Assembly (NCBI GenBank): GCA_965204375.1
Contig: OZ241986.1
Span: 2,240,001-2,304,000 of the forward strand
Direction of reading: 5' to 3'
Length of the DNA stretch: 64,000 nucleotides
DNA from: Candidatus Latescibacterota bacterium
GTDB taxonomy: Bacteria; Latescibacterota; UBA2968
The notes beneath the pieces were generated by a model. The model saw nothing but the letters and a program-made list of their open reading frames with translations, was not told the DNA's origin and made no database searches. This document shows, piece after piece, positions 55,993-64,000 of the stretch. Position numbers and translations under genes: made by a program. How positions within the stretch are numbered: the first letter of the stretch is position 1; every line of letters starts with the position of its first letter.

Positions 55993-56095
55993 CTGGATTG
56001 CGGCTAACACCATGCCGCAATGACAACCGTCGTTCGTCACGCCCCTGCTTAAGGCGTACAAGGGCAGGCTCTGCATGTTTTAAGCAGGCGTCCAG
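55993..56095. repeat. Pair of oppositely oriented CGTC/GTCA-type REP-like palindromes
   Basis: CTGG-ATTGCGGC-TAACACCAT-GCCGCAAT-GAC (55993-56024) and CGTCACGCC-CCTGCTTAA...TTAAGCAGG-CGTCCAG (56035-56095). Confidence 0.6.
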
Positions 56096-56129
56096 TGGAT
56101 TAAAGTAAGAAATTTATTTGACGAATCAC

Positions 56130-58565
56130 TTACATCACGATCCCCATCTTCTTCAAATGCCCTTCGACCTTCGCGCTGAAATCATCCACCTCTCGCTCCA
56201 ACTCTGGAAGCGGACGGGCGTAGCGCTCATCCAATTCTTTTATCCGTCCAGTGAGGTGCTGCGTAAGCCGCTGCACCTCTTCCTGAATATCGGCATAGAT
56301 ACTTGCGAACCACTTGTCCTCAACCATCAGCGTCTTGATCTCAGCCTCGGTGAGTTTTGCGTAATGAATCAGTACCTTTTGATCCAGCGCAGACTGACTT
56401 TCCCTCACAGCCTTACTCGCCCTGGACTCCGCCCCAATCAGTTCCACACAGCGCGTGAGCGCATCCCGTTCCTCATCACTATCCGGTTCGTCCCGAATGA
56501 TTTTAAGCCGCGTCGTCACTCCGGTCTTAGTGACCTTGCCTTTGTCGTTGGTAGCGTCCTGCAGCAAACCCTCCTCACCCGTGTGCTCTTCGACAAATTC
56601 CTCCAACTCGCGGGACGCAGTCTCTTGATCGGCTTGTAGTGTTTCGATGGCCGCCTGATCTGTGGCAAAGTAGCGCGCGACAATCAACCCCGGAGGAATC
56701 AGATCCATTTTATACTTATTCCGCTTAATAGTCAAATCCGGCTTCTCTTTGATCTTCTTTTCCTTATCCTCAATAATCCCGCGCGGCTTGGCGGCCTCGG
56801 TCCAACCATCGTCGGCAATGAGATACACAGCGTCCTGCATCACGTCATCCCAATAGTCCATCAGCCGCTGGTAAATATCGTAAGTATCGAGCAGCGGCAG
56901 ATCGGCGAAACGCGCGAGTAAGTCTTCCGACAAAGTATGGATAATATCCCTGGGATTGTCACCTCTCTCAAGCCCCTTGAGAAGCGGCTCATGGGTTTCC
57001 CGCCAACCATCCAGCACATCCGAGACCTGCTTCATGTAGCACTTGAACTCGTCGTGGTCGAGAATAGCATCCTTCACCGTCTCAACCCTGGCCTCGCTAT
57101 AGCCTGCGCGGCCATTGCCGACAAATAATGCCTGACGCAACGAGGGGAAAACCTCCCAATACTCACCGAGCGCGTTCAGATCTCGGTTAGGAATACCACC
57201 GTGCAGATGCGCGTTCAGATCGTGCAAATCCTCCGACTCGCTGGAGTCAATATAACGCGGGATATTGAGGTTGTAGTCATTAGCAGGACTGGCGACCTCG
57301 GCTATCGGCACCATGCGGGAATAGCGCAACAACTCGGTCTGCTTGTTGAACACATCGACGATCCGGTGGATATCCTGTGCACGCAAGCGGTTCTTATTGC
57401 CATCCTTGAGAAACCCCTTACTCGCATCGATCATAAAGATACCCGTACGGGCATGTGCATTCTCCTTATCAATGACCAGGATGCACGCGGGAATGCCGGT
57501 GCCATAGAACAAATTAGCAGGCAGGCCGATGACACCTTTGATAAAGCCACGCTCGATGAGATTTTTGCGGATATCCGCCTCCTTATTACCGCGGAACAAT
57601 ACGCCGTGCGGCATAATGATCGCACCCTTGCCTCTGCTTTTGAGCGACGTAATGAGATGAAGGAGAAAGGCGTAGTCGCCATTCTTTGCCGGGGGAATAC
57701 CGTACTCAAAGCACCCGTACTCGTCGTGCTCTGGATTGAGGCCACTGGACCATGCCTTGGCGGAAAAAGGCGGATTAGCGACGGCAAAGTCAAAGGTCCT
57801 GAGATTGTCATAAGGATTCTTAAAATACGGAGCAGCCAGCGTGTTGCCATTATACAACTCGGCGGTTGGATGTCCGTGCAGGATCATATTCATCCGCGCG
57901 AGCGACCATGTGGCATTGTCCATCTCCTGCCCGTAGATGGTGATGCCATTTGGTGCCTCGTCCGCGGCCTTGAGCAACAGTGAGCCAGAGCCACAGGTCG
58001 GATCGTAAATCGTCTCGTCCTGACGGGTATCTGGCCCAATACCCACCACCTTCGCCATAATCCGCGACACTTCAGACGGCGTATAAAACTGCCCCTTACT
58101 CTTACCGGACTCGGTGGCAAAGTGCATCATCAGGTACTCGTAAGCATCGCCTAACAGGTCATCGCCCTCGGCCCTATTACCGCGAAGGTCAAGGCCCTCA
58201 AATATGGCGACCAACTTCGACAGCCGGTCCTGCATCTCCTTACCCGCACCCAACTTGCTCTCATCATTGAAGTCGGCCAGATCAATGACGCCCTGAAGAT
58301 CGTTGGCCTCGGCGAGACGGCTGATGATCTTATTAATTTTATCGCCGATCTCCTTGTCGCCCTTCAGTTCTACCATATCGGCGAAACCACCCCCATAGGG
58401 CACTTCAATAAGCGCGTCTGGATCGCCCGCGTACCTGTCCGAGATATATTTCATGAACAACAGAGTCAGCACATAGTCCTTGTACTGCGAAGCGTCCATA
58501 CCACCGCGCAACTCATCGCAACTTTGCCAGAGTGATGAATAGAGTTGTGATTTCTTTATAGCCAT
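56130..58565 (-). CDS. hsdM: Type I R-M methyltransferase subunit M (long form)
   Basis: LWQSCDELRGGMD, GQFYTP, YDPTCGSGSLL, ANPPF, PHGVLFRG, NLNIPRY. Confidence 0.96.
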   Translation of the reverse strand: MAIKKSQLYSSLWQSCDELRGGMDASQYKDYVLTLLFMKYISDRYAGDPDALIEVPYGGGFADMVELKGDKEIGDKINKIISRLAEANDLQGVIDLADFNDESKLGAGKEMQDRLSKLVAIFEGLDLRGNRAEGDDLLGDAYEYLMMHFATESGKSKGQFYTPSEVSRIMAKVVGIGPDTRQDETIYDPTCGSGSLLLKAADEAPNGITIYGQEMDNATWSLARMNMILHGHPTAELYNGNTLAAPYFKNPYDNLRTFDFAVANPPFSAKAWSSGLNPEHDEYGCFEYGIPPAKNGDYAFLLHLITSLKSRGKGAIIMPHGVLFRGNKEADIRKNLIERGFIKGVIGLPANLFYGTGIPACILVIDKENAHARTGIFMIDASKGFLKDGNKNRLRAQDIHRIVDVFNKQTELLRYSRMVPIAEVASPANDYNLNIPRYIDSSESEDLHDLNAHLHGGIPNRDLNALGEYWEVFPSLRQALFVGNGRAGYSEARVETVKDAILDHDEFKCYMKQVSDVLDGWRETHEPLLKGLERGDNPRDIIHTLSEDLLARFADLPLLDTYDIYQRLMDYWDDVMQDAVYLIADDGWTEAAKPRGIIEDKEKKIKEKPDLTIKRNKYKMDLIPPGLIVARYFATDQAAIETLQADQETASRELEEFVEEHTGEEGLLQDATNDKGKVTKTGVTTRLKIIRDEPDSDEERDALTRCVELIGAESRASKAVRESQSALDQKVLIHYAKLTEAEIKTLMVEDKWFASIYADIQEEVQRLTQHLTGRIKELDERYARPLPELEREVDDFSAKVEGHLKKMGIVM

Positions 58566-58591
58566 TTCTCAGTCCTCTTACATCAAGCATC

Positions 58592-59659
58592 TCAATCAAA
58601 CACCAGCACCGTGCGCGCCACCTTCCCCTGAACCATATCTTCAAAAGCCTCATTGATCTCATCCAGCGGACGAAAGCGCGATATCAACTCATCCAATTTA
58701 ATCTTTCCCTGCCGATAGAGATCCAGAATCCACAAAAAATCAACGCGAGCGCGGGCAGCACCGTGCCACGAACCCATAATAGCGCGGTCGCGCAAAAGAT
58801 CTGTGCCATCGATAGATATATCCTCCCCAGTCGGCTGCACCCCCACCACAATTGCGGTCCCAGTCATCCGAACCGACGCGAACGCCTGCTTCACGAGCGC
58901 TGGAAAACCAACGACCTCAAACGCATAATCTGCCCCACCGCCCGTAATCTCCATAATTCTTTGAACCGGGTCCTCCCTATCCGCATTCACAAAATGCGTC
59001 GCCCCAAACTGTTCCGCCAACTCCAGCTTATACGGCACATTATCCACCGCGATAATCTTCCCCGCCGAAGCGAGAACACCGCCCTGAATAACATTGAGAC
59101 CGACCCCCCCACAGCCGAACACAGCCATTGTCGCGCCCGCTTCGACCTTCGCGCGATTCACCACCGCGCCGATACCCGTAATCACCCCACAACTGATCAG
59201 ACACGCGATCCGAAGATCTGTATCATCCGGCACCTTCACACACGCATCCGCCAACACAACCGACTGCTCGGTATAAGTGGGCCGCCCGTGGTGATAAACC
59301 GTCCCATTCTTGGAAATCCGACTCGGCACACCCCCTGGATGGGTTTCACAAAGCGCCGGACTGCCCTCGCTGCAATTACGGCAATAGCCGCACATCGCAT
59401 CGAGAGAGAGAACAATCTTGTCCCCAACCTGAACACTGGTCACGCTGGGACCGACTTCTCTCACCACACCCGCGCCCTCGTGCCCCATAACCCAGGGAAG
59501 TGCGCGAGGCCTGACATGCCCATCCACATAGTGATAATCGCTGTGACAAACACCCGCGCCCACGATATCGAGAAGCACCTCTCCCTCATGAGGAGATTCG
59601 ATATCCACATCTTCGACAGAAACACGAGTGTGTGGCTTGTGAAGAATAGCTGCTTTCAT
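58592..59659 (-). CDS. Zn-dependent alcohol dehydrogenase
   Basis: GVCHSD, GHEGAG, CGYCRNC...C, GCGGVG. Confidence 0.92.
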   Translation of the reverse strand: MKAAILHKPHTRVSVEDVDIESPHEGEVLLDIVGAGVCHSDYHYVDGHVRPRALPWVMGHEGAGVVREVGPSVTSVQVGDKIVLSLDAMCGYCRNCSEGSPALCETHPGGVPSRISKNGTVYHHGRPTYTEQSVVLADACVKVPDDTDLRIACLISCGVITGIGAVVNRAKVEAGATMAVFGCGGVGLNVIQGGVLASAGKIIAVDNVPYKLELAEQFGATHFVNADREDPVQRIMEITGGGADYAFEVVGFPALVKQAFASVRMTGTAIVVGVQPTGEDISIDGTDLLRDRAIMGSWHGAARARVDFLWILDLYRQGKIKLDELISRFRPLDEINEAFEDMVQGKVARTVLVFD

Positions 59660-59675
59660 TTTTTAACTCCTATGG

Positions 59676-60989
59676 CTAAAAATCCAAAGGCTCCAAATCC
59701 CCTTCCAAAAGTGCCGCCCAGGCGAGCAACTCCTCGTCGCAGTGAAACGGGGCGATAAACTGAATGCCGAGGGGCATTCCCGAATCGGACGCTCGCCCCG
59801 CGGGCAAAGCGATCACCGGCATACCCGTGTGAGTCCACGGCAAATTCATACAGGGATCGCCCGTACTCGCCAGACCTTTCAAAGCCGCACCCGTCGCCGC
59901 CGGACAGGCAAGAAGATCAACTCCCTCTGCCTGCATCAAAGACTCGACCTCATCGCGCAACTCGATGCGACCAACCCGACCCGCATCGATCTCGGATTGC
60001 GAAAGCGCGCGCCCCTCCTCGACCAGCGCGCGCGTACCCGCGTCATAAGTCGAAGCGTATTTATCGAACCACGGCGCGTGAACCTCCGCCATCTCCCCCT
60101 TCATCATATTTCGGTGCCGGTCATCGATATCGGCAATATCGTCGAACATCTGAATTTCTATGACATTGTACCCTGCCACTCGCAGAGCCTGTACCTGCGC
60201 GTCGAAATCCGCCCGCGCCCGTGGTTCTGTTTGATCCAGATAGGGACCCACAGGTATGCCTAAAGTTGGCTTTTCCGACCTCGCAACAGAAGCGCGCCAT
60301 CCGCCACACAGAACAGCAGCCGCCATCTCCATACCCGCAACATCCTGCGTAAACATCCCAATCGTATCGACCGACGGAGAGCAGTGAACAAATCCGGAAA
60401 TATCAATACGCGCATAACTCGGCTTAAAACCGACAATCCCGCAAAACGCGGCCGGGCGGATAACTGAGCCAATAGTCTGCGAACCGAGCGCAAGAGGACA
60501 ATACCCGGCCGCCACCGCAGCAGCCGAACCACTACTCGATCCACCAGGCGTAAAACTCAGATCCCGGGGATTGCGCGTTGGTCCCGGCTTAAAGCACGCA
60601 AACTCAGTCGTAACCGATTTGCCGAGCACCAGAGCACCCGCCTCCCGCAACGCCTTTATGCACCCACCTTCAGGACCCGTGAGAACCTCTGGCGGCACAC
60701 CCGAGCCTGCCCGCGTCTCAAATCCCTCAACATGAAAAATATCTTTAACCGCAACCAGAGTACCGAACAACGGCGGAATCTCACCACTGCGCGCAAGCCC
60801 GGCAGCATCATCCAACAGGCGTTTCAGGCGATTCGCTTCCGACAACATAGCCAGGATATCCTCGTCCCATTCATCAATGCGTTTGCAACACGCCGCAACG
60901 TACGCCTGCAAATCCCGCTGTCCAGAACGCAACTCAGCAGCGGTTTGAGCCAGCGGATGCGCCGTTGTTTTTTTACTCTTCATTTGCAT
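59676..60989 (-). CDS. Amidase-signature family amidase
   Basis: VKDIF, GKSVTTEFA, TPGGSSSGSAAAVA, GSQTIGSVIRPAAFCG. Confidence 0.92.
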   Translation of the reverse strand: MQMKSKKTTAHPLAQTAAELRSGQRDLQAYVAACCKRIDEWDEDILAMLSEANRLKRLLDDAAGLARSGEIPPLFGTLVAVKDIFHVEGFETRAGSGVPPEVLTGPEGGCIKALREAGALVLGKSVTTEFACFKPGPTRNPRDLSFTPGGSSSGSAAAVAAGYCPLALGSQTIGSVIRPAAFCGIVGFKPSYARIDISGFVHCSPSVDTIGMFTQDVAGMEMAAAVLCGGWRASVARSEKPTLGIPVGPYLDQTEPRARADFDAQVQALRVAGYNVIEIQMFDDIADIDDRHRNMMKGEMAEVHAPWFDKYASTYDAGTRALVEEGRALSQSEIDAGRVGRIELRDEVESLMQAEGVDLLACPAATGAALKGLASTGDPCMNLPWTHTGMPVIALPAGRASDSGMPLGIQFIAPFHCDEELLAWAALLEGDLEPLDF

Positions 60990-61001
60990 AATCCCCCAAA
61001 A

Positions 61002-62933
61002 CTACCAACCATTAATCTTATGGCCCTGGCCGGGAAACCAGATAAAATCCACAATAGCACCGCAGGCAATAGCCGCTAAAAAACCGACCACGAACCCCAT
61101 AAAAAGCGGTGTATTGCGCCGGTAACTCTCAAGACCGCCAAAGCGCAAAATCAATGTCTTGCACACCCACACAATAAAAATCGACGAAATACCACTGCGC
61201 AAAACATCGGATGCCGAAATCGCAAAACCGATAGGATGCAACGCAATCCCCGGAAAACGGTAGCGAAGCGCGTACAGCCCCAGCGTAAAAATCGCGCCAA
61301 ACCCCAGCCACCCCAGACGCATCCAGTCCGTCTCTAACGCATTACTCCGAATGCGATTGGCAGTCAAAAGCCACACCCCAATCCCCCCATCGCCCGAGCC
61401 ATTAAAACTCACACTGCCAAAATTATAACTCCCCACCGTGTAATTGCCCTGATAAATGATAAACATAAAAACCGCCAGCGCGCCAGCGATAAACGCCATG
61501 CCCACAGCAGATGGCACGAGCCTCCGACCACTGCGCCCCATTGCCTGCCCAAGACGCGGAATATGCGCCAGCGTTGTCACGCCAATCGTCTTTGCATCGG
61601 CAAAAAACGTGTACGCCAGACCGAGCGCCATCGCATGCATCGGCCCAACACCCGTTATCCCCAAAACATGCCAGGTAAAAGCCTGTGCAGTAATCGGCGT
61701 TCTTAAATAAATCAGACCAGTCTCCACAATAATGCGCGCCAGCCCGAGGTAAAGCACCAGCGTGGCACTCCAAAAAGCCAGTGCTGCCCACCCCGAAAGC
61801 CCGAGTTCCCAGAAGAATAACACACTGAACAGAACACAACCCAGAAAGATAAACACCGCCGTGCGATACGAAAAAAGCTCACCCGAATCATCCACATCGC
61901 CCGCACGCGAAGTAAACGCCTTCCGAAAAACCGCAGACAAATGATCTCGCGCAACCCACAGCCCCCATAATACAAATGCCAGCAAGCCGCCAAAACTCTG
62001 CCATCCCACGGCAGGATGATAAGAACACCACGGATCGGACGACCCCATCTCAAATCCCAAACGATTCATCAGCCCCACTTGCAGCACCATCACCAGATGG
62101 AAAAACCAGATGCTAAACAGCACATTGGACTCTGTAAAATAGCCAAACGCAATCGTCAGGGGATTTGTCTTAAATCGCAGATATGGAAATCCCTCCCCGA
62201 TAAAAATTTGCCGATCAATATTCGCCTGAAGCGGCGGAATCAACTCGGTAAACCAGGAAACGATATCCCATCCAAACAGAAAAAGAGCGACAAAAAAACC
62301 GATCTTAAAACGCGGATTGCGCAACAATTCCATCAGCGCGCCCCGCTGCCCGTGCTCGCCAGTAAGTTCCAGAAGACCAGCAGCCAGAGGAAAAGGCAAA
62401 CGCTCGTAATCCATCCACTGCCGCCGAAACACCACCATAAGACACAAATTGGCGGCATAAAACGCCAAAAAGAAACATCCCCACCAGAAGAGAGGAACGA
62501 TCCAGCTACCCCACGGAAAAGCCGCCCCTGCCGGCAACCCCTCGTAAAAAGCAACCGCAGCGTGGTGATCGGAAACAACAGACCAATTGGACAAACGCGT
62601 AAGCAGTGTATCGGCCCAGCCATTTTCGGGAGAGGCAAAATAAATCGGTGCCGTAATCACACCGAGAAAATATCCCGCGAGCCACTCGCCCTGCGTTAGG
62701 GCAGAAACCATCCCCATCGAAGCGATGAGGATAAGCTCAGAAGGCGTAAGCCCCTTACTTTTGCGAGAAAAATAGAGGTTGACCAACAGCAATAAGAGAA
62801 AAGGTAGGAGAATTGCAACGGAGAGATGCGCGTAATCTGCGCGCGCAGATCGGAGGATATACGTGGTATAAGAAGGCCATAAACTAACGAGAACAGATAT
62901 GAACAACCCGATGAGAAAGGCGCGTACCGTCAT
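61002..62933 (-). CDS. DUF6785-like polytopic membrane protein (putative transporter)
   Basis: MTVRAFLIG, YFASPENGW, RRQWMDYERLPFP, RIIVETG, LHPIG, RFGG..Y..P.F.G; paralog of 30340..32292. Confidence 0.7.
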   Translation of the reverse strand: MTVRAFLIGLFISVLVSLWPSYTTYILRSARADYAHLSVAILLPFLLLLLVNLYFSRKSKGLTPSELILIASMGMVSALTQGEWLAGYFLGVITAPIYFASPENGWADTLLTRLSNWSVVSDHHAAVAFYEGLPAGAAFPWGSWIVPLFWWGCFFLAFYAANLCLMVVFRRQWMDYERLPFPLAAGLLELTGEHGQRGALMELLRNPRFKIGFFVALFLFGWDIVSWFTELIPPLQANIDRQIFIGEGFPYLRFKTNPLTIAFGYFTESNVLFSIWFFHLVMVLQVGLMNRLGFEMGSSDPWCSYHPAVGWQSFGGLLAFVLWGLWVARDHLSAVFRKAFTSRAGDVDDSGELFSYRTAVFIFLGCVLFSVLFFWELGLSGWAALAFWSATLVLYLGLARIIVETGLIYLRTPITAQAFTWHVLGITGVGPMHAMALGLAYTFFADAKTIGVTTLAHIPRLGQAMGRSGRRLVPSAVGMAFIAGALAVFMFIIYQGNYTVGSYNFGSVSFNGSGDGGIGVWLLTANRIRSNALETDWMRLGWLGFGAIFTLGLYALRYRFPGIALHPIGFAISASDVLRSGISSIFIVWVCKTLILRFGGLESYRRNTPLFMGFVVGFLAAIACGAIVDFIWFPGQGHKINGW

Positions 62934-62942
62934 AAAGCATCC

Positions 62943-64000
62943 TCACTCGCCAATAAAAAATATCACCGTCTTCTCAGCGGTTTGCTCGCCATTCAAATCG
63001 GTAATCGCGACCGCAATTTCATAACGCCCCGGTTTTGACTCGCCCGGGTCAATCTCCAGATAATTGTACTCGTCAGACCCTGTACCCGTCCGCTCATAAG
63101 AAATCGTAACAACTGCTTTTTCTTCAATACCGAGCAAACGCCCCAGCGCCCGCAAAACCTGCACACCACTGAGTTTGCCTTCCCGGGGCGTAATGCGGTA
63201 ATCCACGCGATATTTCGTCTGCCCAAAATCGTCGATTTTCAAATCGTAAACTTCGTAGTAAATAACAACCGGCTGCCCGGTCTTATAGGTGCGCGACGGC
63301 AGCGAAATAACCTCGACCCCGCCTTTATCAGTAGCCGAAGAATCTACTTGCACCCTTCCCGCAAGCTCTATATCGCTTATCTTGAGCCCGGCGACCGCAT
63401 AATCCTCCACCACGAGTTCCTGCGTATATCCCCCCCGACGTCCCGATGCGGGATGATTGATCTGAAGCCCCAAATAATATCGCCCGGGCAAAACCTGAAG
63501 CGCGAGTTCATCTATCGCCAGTGTACCGGCCTCAACACCGCCCTCATCCACGCGCACCGGCATCGGTTCCAGCTTGCGATAAACCGGTGTCCAGCTACTG
63601 TCAAAAAGCGCGATACCGCGCTCAAAAGCGACCTCTGTAGCCCCATCATCAATCGCATCTAAAACCGGCACGCCATAATACACCTCCAGCCGAGATTTAT
63701 CATCTGCGCCTCTGAAATCTGCCGAAGCATAGTGAAAATCCAACACGCCCTTGCCAAAGGGCACATAGCGATCGGGTTGCACATTCACCGCCCGTGAAAT
63801 AACGACCTCGGGCCGCGTATCTTCCCAAAACCTCTGGTTAAACCGCGCAATTTTTCGCCCCTGAGAAACATCGGGAAAATCGAAATCTCCCCTCGGCGTC
63901 AGCGCCGTAAAAACGACTTCAATACCCCCGCCCACATCCGGATAGATCCAGTATTCCCACGGCTCGCTTCCATTGACCGGATAAAGCGGTATTCCCCGCA
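62943..64000 (-). CDS. C-terminal part of a probable GWxTD-domain protein (partial, starts beyond the window)
   Basis: Frame is open to the window edge (RGIPLYPVNGSEPWEYWIYPDVGGGIEVVF). FRG...RLEVYYGVP, LKISDIELA, VVIYYEVYDL, PGRYEIAVAITD. The GWxTD motif itself is outside the window. Confidence 0.65.
   Translation of the reverse strand, partial: RGIPLYPVNGSEPWEYWIYPDVGGGIEVVFTALTPRGDFDFPDVSQGRKIARFNQRFWEDTRPEVVISRAVNVQPDRYVPFGKGVLDFHYASADFRGADDKSRLEVYYGVPVLDAIDDGATEVAFERGIALFDSSWTPVYRKLEPMPVRVDEGGVEAGTLAIDELALQVLPGRYYLGLQINHPASGRRGGYTQELVVEDYAVAGLKISDIELAGRVQVDSSATDKGGVEVISLPSRTYKTGQPVVIYYEVYDLKIDDFGQTKYRVDYRITPREGKLSGVQVLRALGRLLGIEEKAVVTISYERTGTGSDEYNYLEIDPGESKPGRYEIAVAITDLNGEQTAEKTVIFFIGE

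Noticed and set aside
44772-58591. Defence island as an autonomous mobile element or prophage
   Set aside because: No integrase, transposase, phage genes or flanking direct repeats were found by eye.
58763-59758. 331-aa plus-strand ORF antisense to the ADH (similarly 41273..42460, 48203..49066, 57201..57983)
   Set aside because: Antisense shadows of well-supported genes with no domain signatures.

Overview
A 64-kb bacterial chromosomal segment of roughly 50% GC. Its gene content suggests an FCB-group organism, possibly Latescibacterota-like (inference only): T9SS-type C-terminal domains, a PorV-like barrel, a C25 peptidase, a GWxTD-type protein, two DUF6785-like membrane proteins and several Gfo/Idh/MocA and PhyH enzymes. 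From left to right it holds (i) a surface-glycan cluster (2 GT4, deacetylase, epimerase, methyltransferase, TMTC-like GT-C) running into a ~1900-aa C25 peptidase and an AlkP-superfamily enzyme; (ii) small catabolic operons; (iii) a TonB receptor/DUF4249 pair; (iv) tRNA-Thr(CGT) followed by an MNT-HEPN pair, with a second pair at ~32.3-33.1 kb; (v) prmA, gmd and a UvrC-like nuclease; (vi) a TonB receptor + T9SS-CTD protein + PorV-like barrel triad; (vii) a ~13.7-kb defence island (44.8-58.6 kb) built on a type I R-M system, containing Shedu, an HsdS with an extra C-terminal domain, three AlbA/HATPase_c_4-family genes (two broken, two with 12-bp tandem repeats), an orphan 3' remnant of a second hsdM and an interposed metabolic gene. 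I saw no CRISPR array, rRNA, integrase or transposase. All family assignments come from motif recognition by eye, not from database searches.
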